Below, one piece after another: positions 15,811 to 24,445 of a stretch of DNA of 32,000 nucleotides. Positions within the stretch are counted from its first letter, which is position 1, and every line of letters begins with the position of its first letter. This DNA comes from Nitrososphaerota archaeon (lineage in GTDB: Archaea; Thermoproteota; Nitrososphaeria; Nitrososphaerales; UBA57). Location of the stretch: NCBI GenBank assembly GCA_016871995.1, contig VHBL01000003.1:30001-62000 (forward strand). The letters run 5' to 3'. The notes below the pieces were generated by a model that worked only from the letters and a program-made list of their open reading frames with translations, did not search any database and was not told the DNA's origin. The position numbers and the translations under genes are program-made.

Positions 15811-16350
15811 ATGGGAGATGTTAAGAAGCCAAGAAAGCAGTTTTCATCTCCAAGAAACCCTTGGAAGAGCGAAGACCTCTCTCAAGAGCTGTATCTTGTG
15901 GGAACCTATGGCCTGAGGAATAAGAGGGAACTGTGGAAGGCTAAGACAGAACTATCGAGGGTTAGGAAGCAGGCGAGGGAACTTTTGGCTGCACCTGCAG
16001 AAGTAAGAGCTAAACAAGAAGCCAAACTACTCAAATACCTTAACAGGATTGGGGTTCTAGGCGAAACCGCGACTCCAGACGATATCCTTGGTTTGAGCAT
16101 AGAGAACTTCCTAGACAGGAGGTTGCAGACTGTGGTATGGAAGAAGGGCCTTGCACGGACTCCGTTTCAGGCAAGGCAGATGATCACCCATGGGCATATC
16201 GTAATTTCAGACAGGCGTGTGACAATACCAGGCTATACAGTAAAGGGCAACGAAGATTTGGAGATTAGATTGAGACCAGGAAGCACGATGACCGTAGTTC
16301 CAGCAGAGCAGGGACCTGCTCAAGAGCAAGCTGGAGCAGCTGCAGCTTAA
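15811..16350 (+). CDS. rps4: 30S ribosomal protein uS4 (S4P)
   Basis: MGDVKKPRKQFSSPRNPW..., and the S4 RNA-binding domain LDRRLQTVVWKKGLARTPFQARQMITHGHIVISDRRVTIPGY. It starts immediately after the uS13 stop. Confidence 0.95.
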   Translation: MGDVKKPRKQFSSPRNPWKSEDLSQELYLVGTYGLRNKRELWKAKTELSRVRKQARELLAAPAEVRAKQEAKLLKYLNRIGVLGETATPDDILGLSIENFLDRRLQTVVWKKGLARTPFQARQMITHGHIVISDRRVTIPGYTVKGNEDLEIRLRPGSTMTVVPAEQGPAQEQAGAAAA

Positions 16351-16361
16351 CGGTGAGATAA

Positions 16362-16760
16362 ATGGCGGAAGAAAATAAAGAACGATGGGGAGTAGTCCAC
16401 ATCTACAGCAGCTACAACAATACCATTCTGCACGTTACAGACGTTACTGGTGCAGAAACCATAGCCTTCAGCTCTGGAGGTAGACATGTCAAAGCTGACA
16501 GATTCGAATCATCGCCTTATGCTGCAATGAAGTCTGCTCAAGCCTGTGCTGAAACGGCTAAGAAGAAAGGAATTACTGCCTTACACATAAAAGTTAGGGC
16601 AGTCGGAGGGACAGGTGCAAGAACTCCAGGTCCCGGGGCTCAAGCTGCAATTAGAGCAATTGCTAGGGCTGGCTTCAAGGTTGGGAGGATCGAAGATGTT
16701 ACCCCGATTCCCCACGACACTACAAGGAAGGCGGGCGGAAGAAGGGGCAGACGGGCTTAG
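16362..16760 (+). CDS. rps11: 30S ribosomal protein uS11 (S11P)
   Basis: [32 protein letters not shown]...SPYAAM...[31 protein letters not shown]. Confidence 0.95.
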   Translation: MAEENKERWGVVHIYSSYNNTILHVTDVTGAETIAFSSGGRHVKADRFESSPYAAMKSAQACAETAKKKGITALHIKVRAVGGTGARTPGPGAQAAIRAIARAGFKVGRIEDVTPIPHDTTRKAGGRRGRRA

Positions 16761-17701
16761 GAAACTACCTCTACGGAATCCACCTTTCCATCCCCGTCTA
16801 AATCATACCCTCTTATTGCAACTGCCCAATTGTCTTCACCTTTGTATCCCTCAAGAACCTTGTCAGCAAAGTTAGCTAGTCCAATAATTGCTGATTTCGT
16901 GCCTACAGCCCTTACTCCTGCTAGGACGATTACAACCCTTGAAGGATCAAATGGGTTCTTTATTCTTGCAATTACAGCATCGCGGTCGATGTTGAAGGTT
17001 CTTCCCAAATTGTCCTTCAGTCCAGCCCAGATATTCTTTTCGTTGAACCTTATCGGAAGGTACTTATTTACATCCAATGAAAGCAAGTTTGTACCCGGCC
17101 CTCCAATGAGTATGAGGTTCTGCCTTACCTCCTTTTCCGTCTTTACGTCCACGTCAAGCTTAACGACAAAATCGCTTGGAATCTTGCATAATTGACCTAA
17201 GAAGAATGCCAGATGTACAGCATAATGACCGTCCCTTGCCATCGTCTTTTCTGGTCCGTGAGGGTCTGGGGATCCTACGACTATCCTTCCATTAAAGGCT
17301 CCATCTTGGAGAAAGGGCTCAAGAAAAGAGCGCGCATTATAGGTCAGATGCGCGCCCGCAACTGTAAACTTCCTCTCTCCTTTAGGGAGCTCCGCTGCCA
17401 CGGCTCCAAAGGGTATTGTGTAGTACCTTGCGACTGCACCCTTGACCATCTCCTCCCTCTCTACTTTTAGGAGGCCAGCCTTAACCAATCTTCTAATGTA
17501 AGAGTAAACCGTTTGTTCATGTATCCTTAACTCCCTTGCTACTTGCGCTGGATACATGGGCCTTTCTGCAAGAAGAGTAGCAATCTTCCACGAAACTGGA
17601 TTTAACAGCGGCTTCAGTCTTGATGGCTCCGATGCTACAAGAATGTCTTTGACAAGGAGTCCCTCCTTGCTTTCCCGTATGAGCAGCCGCTTTTTCTCCA
17701 C
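16757..17701 (-). CDS. wHTH (ArsR/TrmB-like) putative transcriptional regulator with an uncharacterised ~200-aa C-terminal domain
   Basis: The N-terminal part, [45 protein letters not shown], is a classic wHTH. The C-terminal part ([13 protein letters not shown]...[10 protein letters not shown]...[17 protein letters not shown]...) is not recognised. Its stop codon interlocks with the uS11 stop. Confidence 0.7.
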   Translation of the reverse strand: MEKKRLLIRESKEGLLVKDILVASEPSRLKPLLNPVSWKIATLLAERPMYPAQVARELRIHEQTVYSYIRRLVKAGLLKVEREEMVKGAVARYYTIPFGAVAAELPKGERKFTVAGAHLTYNARSFLEPFLQDGAFNGRIVVGSPDPHGPEKTMARDGHYAVHLAFFLGQLCKIPSDFVVKLDVDVKTEKEVRQNLILIGGPGTNLLSLDVNKYLPIRFNEKNIWAGLKDNLGRTFNIDRDAVIARIKNPFDPSRVVIVLAGVRAVGTKSAIIGLANFADKVLEGYKGEDNWAVAIRGYDLDGDGKVDSVEVVS

Positions 17702-17847
17702 AAGACGTCTTCTGGAGAACCATTATATAATTTTTCATAATGGTCTTCCAACCTATAATCAATTTCCGTTGCGTGAAAGTTCAGCAACTGACGAATCTTG
17801 TCCCAATTATCGGCACGGTTATATGGTCGAAGGATACATGCGCGATA

Positions 17848-20178
17848 ATGAAACAACAGATTACTCCGTTGAGTCTGATTGTGGCAATTCTTCTGCTGGT
17901 TTCATCGCTGGCAACAATGTCACCACTAACACCCACACCGGTTTCTGTTGCGTACGGACAGGCCTCCGGAGTGGCAGGTGCCAACTGGGAATATGTCAAC
18001 TCCCAGCAAGTTGGTGGGAGCTTTAACCCCCAGACCCAGATTACAAAGGACAACATCCAGTATTTGGAGACAAAATGGATCTACCCCTATGTCAGGCCCC
18101 CTGTACCTCAGACGATAGGAAATGGCTATGGTTCTGGTGCAGCCCCCCTAGTGGTCGATGGTGTAGTGTACATTGCAATGAATGATAGACGAATTTTGGC
18201 ACTTGATGCTACGACTGGAAGGCTTATGTGGAACAACACATACGGAACCTCCTTCGATTCAGGCGCGCAATTAGCTAAGTATCCATGGCTATCAAGAGCA
18301 GGAGCTCACGTTCACTCAATGAACTTTTACAGAGAGAAAAACTGGCTCATTACGAGTAGCATAGGTTCATGTGAATCATACGCCGTGGATGCAAAAACAG
18401 GAAAGACCGCATGGGTTCTAACAACTGAGCAGATATGTGGGACAACGGCTGAGTTTGGAGAGCCAGCCAAGGGGATTGTGGGTTCCCTTGGGAATCAAGG
18501 TTTCATGTCTGGAGCGGGCTCCCACCCTCCTAAATTACTTGGAAACATCCTGTTCTACCCTGTTCCTGGTGGGAGTGGTTCAGGAGGAAGATCGTTTGTT
18601 ACAGCATTTGACATGAGCGATCCTGCAAACCCCAAGAGACTATACAGAACATTTACCCAGCCTCCAGCTCAAGGAGATCCTGAATGGGCGATCAAACAAT
18701 GTACAGAAGCAAATGGTAATGGCTGGTATTTTGAATATCCAAGGTACCTTGAAGGGATAAACCATCCAGCGAGGGACAGAGAACCAACGTACCTAGCAAC
18801 AAAATGCACTGACGTGAGTCCAGATGTTGTAAGGAACGATGGGATGGATCTAGTACCAGGATCTCCAACCTATGGAAAGATGCACACAGCAACCAATCAT
18901 GGCTCGGCCGTATGGGGCAACTATCCACTCGACGTTGAAACTGGGATAGTGATTCTTGGATGGGGTGATCAAGGGCCTTATCCTAACCTGACGCATAGAT
19001 ATGGGCCAGGTCTACATGGTAGCGGCTTCACTGCGCATGACGTTAGAACGGGTAAGCTCGTATGGTGGTTCAACGCGATTCCGCATGACCTCTGGGACTT
19101 TGACTGTGCTTGGGGGGGCATCCTAGGTAAAACATCTGCAGGACAGAAGATCTACATAAAAGGTTGCAAGAGTGGACAGGTCTGGGGCCTTGATGCAACA
19201 ACGGGCAAACCTGTCTGGGTATTCGACGCTCCGACGATTATCAGAAATACGGACATAAACTATGGAGTTGACAAGAACAACAACCCGAGGAGCCCTGATG
19301 CCTGTTGCAGGATGACGAAGGAACATATGGGTAAACCATGGCCTAACTATCCCAGCAAGGAGAAGATGTTCACAATCTGCTACACGCATTGCCTTGAATC
19401 CGATATAGCTTCTGATGGAAAGTATGTATACGCAGCTACGCATAGCGAGCCGAGGGTCTTAACCGTAACAAATGTGAGAGGCTTTGGCAACCAGGGTTCG
19501 GCCGAAAGACTTTACAATGTAGCCGAGAAGAAATATGCAGCTGTAGCCGGGAGATACACGGAAGCGGACATAAGGGGGCTGACATACACGGTAATCTACG
19601 CATTTGACATAAGTACAGGAAAGGAGGCGTGGAGAACTAGAATCGATGGTGTACCATTCAGAGGAGGTCTAACTGTGTCTGGCGGAGTTGTCATGGCATA
19701 TGCCACTGATGGAAATCTAAAGTTCTTTGATGCAGGAACAGGCAAAATGATTTCCGAAAGATTCTTCGGGGTACCTGTAAATGTTCAACCTGTGATAGGT
19801 GCGACAAAGGAAGGAAAGATGCGTGTCTTTATGCATGTCGGAGGTGGTGGAGGGATTACCCTCAATAATGCATTACCTATCGATGGTACGCTCGTAGCAT
19901 TCGGCCTGCCTGATAAACTACCTGAACCTGTAGTCAAAGAAATCATAAAGGAAGTTCCAAAGGAGGTAGTCAAAGAAGTGGTCAAAGAAGTGGTCAAAGA
20001 AGTGGTCAAAGAAGTGGTCAAAGAAGTACCTAAGGAGGTCATAAAGGAAGTACCTAAGGAGGTAGTCAGGGAAGTGACAGTTGAAACAATTAGTCCAGCA
20101 TCATACGCTGTTATCGGTATAGGGATCGTGCTAATAGTCATATCAGGGATACTCTTCAGCAGAAGGAAGAAAGCGTAA
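17848..20178 (+). CDS. PQQ-dependent-dehydrogenase-like 8-bladed beta-propeller protein with signal peptide, repeat stalk and C-terminal membrane anchor
   Basis: I prefer the ATG at 17848 (MKQQITPLSLIVAILLLVSSLA, signal-like) over track start 17740. Quinoprotein hallmarks are QITKDNIQYLETKW, AAPLVVDGVVYIAMNDRRILALDATTGRLMW and PHDLWDFD. The C-terminus has 13 x (V-x-K-E) and then the TM helix AVIGIGIVLIVISGILFSRRKKA. Confidence 0.8.
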   Translation: MKQQITPLSLIVAILLLVSSLATMSPLTPTPVSVAYGQASGVAGANWEYVNSQQVGGSFNPQTQITKDNIQYLETKWIYPYVRPPVPQTIGNGYGSGAAPLVVDGVVYIAMNDRRILALDATTGRLMWNNTYGTSFDSGAQLAKYPWLSRAGAHVHSMNFYREKNWLITSSIGSCESYAVDAKTGKTAWVLTTEQICGTTAEFGEPAKGIVGSLGNQGFMSGAGSHPPKLLGNILFYPVPGGSGSGGRSFVTAFDMSDPANPKRLYRTFTQPPAQGDPEWAIKQCTEANGNGWYFEYPRYLEGINHPARDREPTYLATKCTDVSPDVVRNDGMDLVPGSPTYGKMHTATNHGSAVWGNYPLDVETGIVILGWGDQGPYPNLTHRYGPGLHGSGFTAHDVRTGKLVWWFNAIPHDLWDFDCAWGGILGKTSAGQKIYIKGCKSGQVWGLDATTGKPVWVFDAPTIIRNTDINYGVDKNNNPRSPDACCRMTKEHMGKPWPNYPSKEKMFTICYTHCLESDIASDGKYVYAATHSEPRVLTVTNVRGFGNQGSAERLYNVAEKKYAAVAGRYTEADIRGLTYTVIYAFDISTGKEAWRTRIDGVPFRGGLTVSGGVVMAYATDGNLKFFDAGTGKMISERFFGVPVNVQPVIGATKEGKMRVFMHVGGGGGITLNNALPIDGTLVAFGLPDKLPEPVVKEIIKEVPKEVVKEVVKEVVKEVVKEVVKEVPKEVIKEVPKEVVREVTVETISPASYAVIGIGIVLIVISGILFSRRKKA
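19930..20085 (+). repeat. 13 tandem 12-nt coding repeats (VVKE/IIKE/VPKE...), five consecutive near-identical units
   Basis: gtagtcaaagaa, then gtggtcaaagaa x4, flanked by degenerate units. In frame with the PQQ-like CDS, encoding VVKEIIKEVPKEVVKEVVKEVVKEVVKEVVKEVPKEVIKEVPKEVVREVTVE. Confidence 0.9.
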
Positions 20179-20186
20179 ACAAACTG

Positions 20187-20218
20187 GCCTTGCATATGCA
20201 AGGCATTCATTCTTTTCT
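20187..20218 (+). terminator. perfect 18-nt palindrome plus a T-rich tract after the PQQ-like gene
   Basis: GCCTTGCATATGCAAGGC (20187-20204) begins 9 nt after the TAA stop and is followed by attcattcttttct. Confidence 0.4.
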
Positions 20219-20513
20219 AATCCATTTTTGTTTCCATTCGACATTTGACGTAATCCAAATAACTAATAAGCTATTTTTAAAAATCAAAAACAATGCCAGA
20301 AAAAGGGGGCTAGGGGCATGGTGAGGAGGGAGACCCTTCTACATCTCAGCAGAGTCATGAAACACTCCTAGTCTCCATGATAGCCATTAAAACGATTACT
20401 GTTTAGCCGCTATATGGTCTTTCATAGCGGTTTCCTAGGTTATCGTGTTGTCAAGAAAAATCGATAAAGAACCACTATATTGTTTTGCATAATGCTTTTG
20501 ATGCAGGTTTTGT

Positions 20514-20530
20514 GGTTCTTTTAAAGAACC
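20514..20530. promoter_or_regulatory. 17-nt perfect palindrome overlapping the glmS TATA region, with a third half-site upstream
   Basis: GGTTCTTT-T-AAAGAACC (20514-20530) ends 20 nt before the glmS ATG (20551) and contains TTTTAAAG. AAAGAACCAC at 20466-20475 is the exact inverted partner of GTGGTTCTTT at 20512-20521. Confidence 0.35.
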
Positions 20531-20550
20531 CAAATATTCGCTATTAAAGA

Positions 20551-22320
20551 ATGTGCGGGATAATAGGCTACACTGGCAATAAGAACGCAGCGACGGTTCT
20601 GCTGGAATCCTTGAAGAAGATGGAGTACAGAGGCTACGATTCTGCAGGTTTTGGAATTATCCACGATGAATCAATTCAAGTCTTGAAAGACGCAGGAAGA
20701 ATTGATGATATTGCCAGCAAGATTAGCATTAGAACCAAGAAAGGCACTACAGGCATAGCACATACTAGGTGGGCCACGCATGGAGGGGTTACCCAGACCA
20801 ATGCGCACCCTCACGTTTCCTGCGACGCAAAGATAGCCGTAGTCCATAATGGCATCATCGAAAACTATCAAGATCTTTCTACTCAATTAAAAAAAGAGGG
20901 ACACGGGTTCGGATCTGAAACTGATACCGAAGTCATCGCACACTTGCTTGAGAAATATTATAGAATAGAGAATCACCCTTTAAAGGCTCTACAGCTAGCT
21001 GTAAAGGAGCTCAAGGGAACTTTTGCGACCCTAGCAGTATTTGATGACAAGCCAGATCTGGTATTAGGAGCTAGAAAAGATGCACCTCTTATAGTCGGTT
21101 TAGGTAAAGGAGAGAATTTCATCGCGAGCGACATAGTTTCTTTCATTTCACATACAGACAAAGTCGTATTCCTAAAGGATTACGAAATCGCTTCTGTTAC
21201 TCCAAGCAAGGTGCAGATATTCACCTTCGATGGAGAGCCCGTGCCAGCAATCGGTACGCATGTAGCTTGGGAGGCTAGCGATGTTTCAAAGAAGGAGTTT
21301 GCCCATTATACTCTAAAGGAGATAAGTGAACAGGCAAGAACGATAAACGTAGCACTGGATCAGGATGAAAGGAAGATAACTGCCTTCTGCGATGCCATAA
21401 GAAATGCTGGAAATGTACGCATCACTGCTTCAGGTACCAGTTTTCATGCTGGGATGTTAATGCGATATCTATTGGCAAAACTTGCAAAGATACATACGCA
21501 GGCTTTCCTTTCAAGCGAGATAGATCACGAAATAGACCTTATCGACGAAGAGACCCTTGTCATTGCGATATCCCAGAGTGGCGAGACTGCTGACGTGCTT
21601 GAAGCCGTAAAGAAGGCTGCAGCAAAAGGGGCAAAGATTGTTTCGCTGGTAAATATTATAGGTTCTTCTCTTACCCGTGGGAGCAAAGTTTCCCTAGCGT
21701 TGAACTGTGGCCCTGAAATTGGTGTTGCAGCTACAAAGAGCTTCACTTCTCAGCTGGCAATAATTTACGATATTGCGTTTAGACTTGCTGGCCTAGGCGA
21801 GAAAAGGAAGCATCTCAATGACCTTAGCAGGTATTTCGAGATTGTGCTGAATCAGGAAGAAAGAATCAAGGAGATTGCAAAGACGCATAAGCTTGCCGCT
21901 GACTTTTACTTTATTGGTAGAGGCTTGCACTATCCTATAGCCCTCGAAGGGGCTTTGAAGATGAAGGAACTGTCATACATTCATGCAGAAGGTCTTGCTG
22001 CTGGGGAGCTAAAGCATGGAACGTTGGCATTAGTAAATGCAGGAACTCCTGTTATAGTAATCAATCCCAGCGATGAAACCTATAATGAAACATTAAGCAA
22101 CATCTCAGAGATGAAGGCCAGAGGGGCAAGGATAATAGCTGTAAGCGACAAGGATAACGAACTTTACGATGAGGTAATCAGCATTCCTTCTGTAGACCCC
22201 GTATTCTTCCCCCTGATTGAGGTTATACCTCTACAGATCCTTGCCTACTATGCCGCTATTGAAAGAGCCTTGGATCCTGACTATCCAAGACATCTGGCTA
22301 AATCTGTAACCGTAAAATAA
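20551..22320 (+). CDS. glmS: glutamine--fructose-6-phosphate aminotransferase (isomerising)
   Basis: MCGIIGY N-terminal nucleophile. The glutaminase domain includes HTRWATHG and two SIS domains follow. The C-terminus is LAKSVTVK (canonical ...KSVTVE-like). 589 aa. Confidence 0.95.
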   Translation: MCGIIGYTGNKNAATVLLESLKKMEYRGYDSAGFGIIHDESIQVLKDAGRIDDIASKISIRTKKGTTGIAHTRWATHGGVTQTNAHPHVSCDAKIAVVHNGIIENYQDLSTQLKKEGHGFGSETDTEVIAHLLEKYYRIENHPLKALQLAVKELKGTFATLAVFDDKPDLVLGARKDAPLIVGLGKGENFIASDIVSFISHTDKVVFLKDYEIASVTPSKVQIFTFDGEPVPAIGTHVAWEASDVSKKEFAHYTLKEISEQARTINVALDQDERKITAFCDAIRNAGNVRITASGTSFHAGMLMRYLLAKLAKIHTQAFLSSEIDHEIDLIDEETLVIAISQSGETADVLEAVKKAAAKGAKIVSLVNIIGSSLTRGSKVSLALNCGPEIGVAATKSFTSQLAIIYDIAFRLAGLGEKRKHLNDLSRYFEIVLNQEERIKEIAKTHKLAADFYFIGRGLHYPIALEGALKMKELSYIHAEGLAAGELKHGTLALVNAGTPVIVINPSDETYNETLSNISEMKARGARIIAVSDKDNELYDEVISIPSVDPVFFPLIEVIPLQILAYYAAIERALDPDYPRHLAKSVTVK

Positions 22321-22327
22321 AAGAAAT

Positions 22328-22353
22328 GTAGAGGTTTATGACCTGACCTCTAC
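22328..22353 (+). terminator. hairpin just downstream of glmS
   Basis: GTAGAGGT (22328-35)/ACCTCTAC (22346-53), 8-bp stem with a 10-nt loop, starting 8 nt after the glmS stop. No T-tract follows, and it overlaps the 3' end of a possible minus-strand small ORF. Confidence 0.25.
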
Positions 22354-22458
22354 AACCATAGGCTCTTCAAGTTCTTGAACTATTGGCAGTACTTCTTTCC
22401 GCTTTGCCCTAGCTGCCAGTATTTCCTTGATTTCAACTTCATCCCAGCAGTCACACAT
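22336..22458 (-). CDS. possible 40-aa small protein (below the ORF-track cut-off)
   Basis: MCDCWDEVEIKEILAARAKRKEVLPIVQELEEPMVVEVRS*. On the minus strand a TTTTATT element ends 22 nt upstream of the ATG, which is leaderless-type spacing. No homology recognised. Confidence 0.25.
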   Translation of the reverse strand: MCDCWDEVEIKEILAARAKRKEVLPIVQELEEPMVVEVRS

Positions 22459-22550
22459 GGCCTCTATAATACGGGGTTTGAATAAAAGCCTTTGTGAAGA
22501 AAATCAGTTTCTGATAACCTATAGGTCGGGACATATTCGGTCTTTTCTAA

Positions 22551-22823
22551 TTACAACTTCTCCCGTCTAGCATTTATCCGTATTTTAGCGCACATCCCAT
22601 GCGCTGTAATCGAAAGTACTCCAAAATTAACCCAGATTATTAGGAGGCTCGCATAGCTCCCTCCACAGAAGTCGATAGTTACTTTAAACGTAGAGTATCC
22701 TGATGAATTCCAATGGGAAGCTCGTAATGAATCCTCATAGAACGGGGAAAAAGCAGGTTTTGACCACTCAGACAAATAGTAGAGAATGACCCTAGTGCTA
22801 CTCTTTTGCTTCCAGTTATCCAA
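22551..22823 (-). CDS. hypothetical 90-aa protein with one hydrophobic segment
   Basis: Only ORF of 60 aa or more in a 637-nt gap. The composition is not convincingly coding. One TM-like stretch, YASLLIIWVNFGVLSITA. Confidence 0.3.
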   Translation of the reverse strand: MDNWKQKSSTRVILYYLSEWSKPAFSPFYEDSLRASHWNSSGYSTFKVTIDFCGGSYASLLIIWVNFGVLSITAHGMCAKIRINARREKL

Positions 22824-22856
22824 TCATAACTAAGAAATATGAGTTGGCATCATAGG

Positions 22857-22955
22857 ATGGGAGAGCAGGAGAGAGAAATGCAAGATACTTTAGAGCGTCT
22901 GAAAAAAGAGGTAAATGATCTAAAAAGGTCTGTTGAAGACTCTGAGTCTGGCTGA
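22857..22955 (+). CDS. possible 32-aa coiled-coil micro-protein directly upstream of the cupin gene
   Basis: MGEQEREMQDTLERLKKEVNDLKRSVEDSESG*. Its stop lies 2 nt before the GTG start at 22958. No homology recognised. Confidence 0.2.
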   Translation: MGEQEREMQDTLERLKKEVNDLKRSVEDSESG

Positions 22956-22957
22956 CA

Positions 22958-23356
22958 GTGCCTCACTTGTTTAGAAAATTCTTGCTCGGGAGGACCGATA
23001 AGGAGGATCCTAGAGGAGCAACTTTCAAGGCTACTCTCAATAATAGTGATTATGCATTTGTCACAATTAGAAAAGGAGCATTAAGAGGAGGACACTATCA
23101 TGACATCGAAACAACTCAGATTATTGTATATGGAAAGATAAAGTTTCAATTCGTTGACCCGCGGACCAGAAAACAATCAGAGACTATAGGTCTTCCAATG
23201 GAGATCATCCAGATACCTGCAGGCATAGCCCATATTGCCGAGGGTCTGGAAGACTCGATGTTCATCGAACCTGCTAAGGTTGGAAAAACCATCGAATACG
23301 AACCTCAACGAAAAAGAATTAGAGACATGCTTGAACGTTCGAAAACGTTGAGATAA
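22958..23356 (+). CDS. cupin-fold protein (sugar-ketoisomerase / polysaccharide-biosynthesis cupin-like)
   Basis: GALRGGHYH...IQIPAGIAHIAEG is a two-motif cupin signature resembling WxcM/FdtA/CapF-type cupins. GTG start. Confidence 0.6.
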   Translation: MPHLFRKFLLGRTDKEDPRGATFKATLNNSDYAFVTIRKGALRGGHYHDIETTQIIVYGKIKFQFVDPRTRKQSETIGLPMEIIQIPAGIAHIAEGLEDSMFIEPAKVGKTIEYEPQRKRIRDMLERSKTLR

Positions 23357-23442
23357 CAAAAACTTGAACAGAATGCTGGGGCAAAGAACTATAAGCCAAA
23401 AGATAAACAGACTAATAGAAACTTGTTTCGGAGCATCAAACA

Positions 23443-24444
23443 ATGGAAATCATAAAAGTTTCAGATCTTAAGAAGGAGTATTCTGATGGAACCAAAGCCA
23501 TTCAGGGGATATCATTCTCTGTAGAGGAGGGAGAATTCTTTGGATTCTTGGGCCCCAATGGAGCAGGGAAGAGCACGACGATCAAAATCCTGACGACTCT
23601 ATTGCATAAAACCTCCGGGTCTGTTTCTGTAGGAGGTTATGATATCATCACCAATTCCAAGGCAGTAAGGAAGATGATAGGGGTTCAGAGTCAAGATACA
23701 GTTGTAGATGAAGACCTGACTGGCCGAGAGAACATGATACTGCAGGGTCATCTGCAGCAAATTTACGGAAAGGGTCTCGAGGATCGCGTTAACGAATTAT
23801 TGAAGATTGTTGGATTAGAGGATGTAGCCGACAAGCGTGCGGCGTTTTACTCTGGAGGGATGAAGAAGAGGCTTGACCTTGCATCAAGTCTGGTGCATAG
23901 TCCGAAGGTATTGTTTCTTGATGAGCCTACTACAGGCCTCGACCCTCAATCAAGGGCTTCCATATGGTCTTACCTGCAGAAACTCAACAAAGAAGGGATA
24001 ACGATATTTCTGACTACTCAGTACATGGAAGAAGCTGACAGGCTCTGTCAAAGACTTTCAATAATTGATCATGGGCAGATTGTGGCTCAAGGAACGCCAG
24101 CACATCTTAAGCAGGAGATTGGAGCCGATACGATAAACCTAGCATTGAATCCTGATGCTAACGGAGGGAGGGATTTGGCCAGAAAGGCTCTTGGCAAGCT
24201 AAAAGGAATCAGTAATATCATCGACTCGGACAACGGCCTGACGGTCTATGCAGAGAACGGTGGGTACATTATTCCTGACATAGTAAGGGCCCTTGACGAA
24301 TCAAACATTAGTCCGTCATCATTGAGCCTTTCGACCCCAACTCTCGACGATGTCTTTCTGAAACATACAGGCAGGCGCATCAGGCCCGAAGAGCTTAGGA
24401 AGGATGCGTCAGCAGGAAGAATGCTAGGTCGCAGGAGGAGGTAA
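23443..24444 (+). CDS. ABC transporter ATP-binding protein, DrrA/ABC-2 exporter type
   Basis: Walker A GPNGAGKST, signature YSGGMKKRL, Walker B VLFLDEPTTGLD, plus a ~100-aa C-terminal extension typical of DrrA-like ATPases. Confidence 0.9.
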   Translation: MEIIKVSDLKKEYSDGTKAIQGISFSVEEGEFFGFLGPNGAGKSTTIKILTTLLHKTSGSVSVGGYDIITNSKAVRKMIGVQSQDTVVDEDLTGRENMILQGHLQQIYGKGLEDRVNELLKIVGLEDVADKRAAFYSGGMKKRLDLASSLVHSPKVLFLDEPTTGLDPQSRASIWSYLQKLNKEGITIFLTTQYMEEADRLCQRLSIIDHGQIVAQGTPAHLKQEIGADTINLALNPDANGGRDLARKALGKLKGISNIIDSDNGLTVYAENGGYIIPDIVRALDESNISPSSLSLSTPTLDDVFLKHTGRRIRPEELRKDASAGRMLGRRRR

Positions 24445-24445
24445 G

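Noticed and set aside
19303-19308. Adjacent Cys-Cys (DACCRM) as the vicinal disulfide of methanol/ethanol-type quinoproteins
   Set aside because: In characterised enzymes the Cys-Cys pair lies early in the propeller, well before the DxWDxD motif. Here it lies after it, so equivalence is not supported.
19930-20085. Tandem repeat array considered as a CRISPR-like or minisatellite element
   Set aside because: The period is 12 nt with no spacers. It is strictly in frame within a CDS and encodes a VxKE peptide repeat, so it is a coding stalk repeat, not a CRISPR array.
19785-20210. 141-aa minus-strand ORF rich in LTTS repeats
   Set aside because: It is the antisense reading of the 12-nt VVKE tandem repeat inside the well-supported PQQ-like CDS. 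Its repetitive, low-complexity translation is a mirror artefact.
20219-20550. Possible glmS ribozyme or riboswitch upstream of glmS
   Set aside because: I cannot recognise the conserved glmS ribozyme core. The likely TATA box is only ~25-30 nt from the ATG, so most of the spacer would not be in the glmS 5' UTR. The palindromes are better explained as DNA operator sites.
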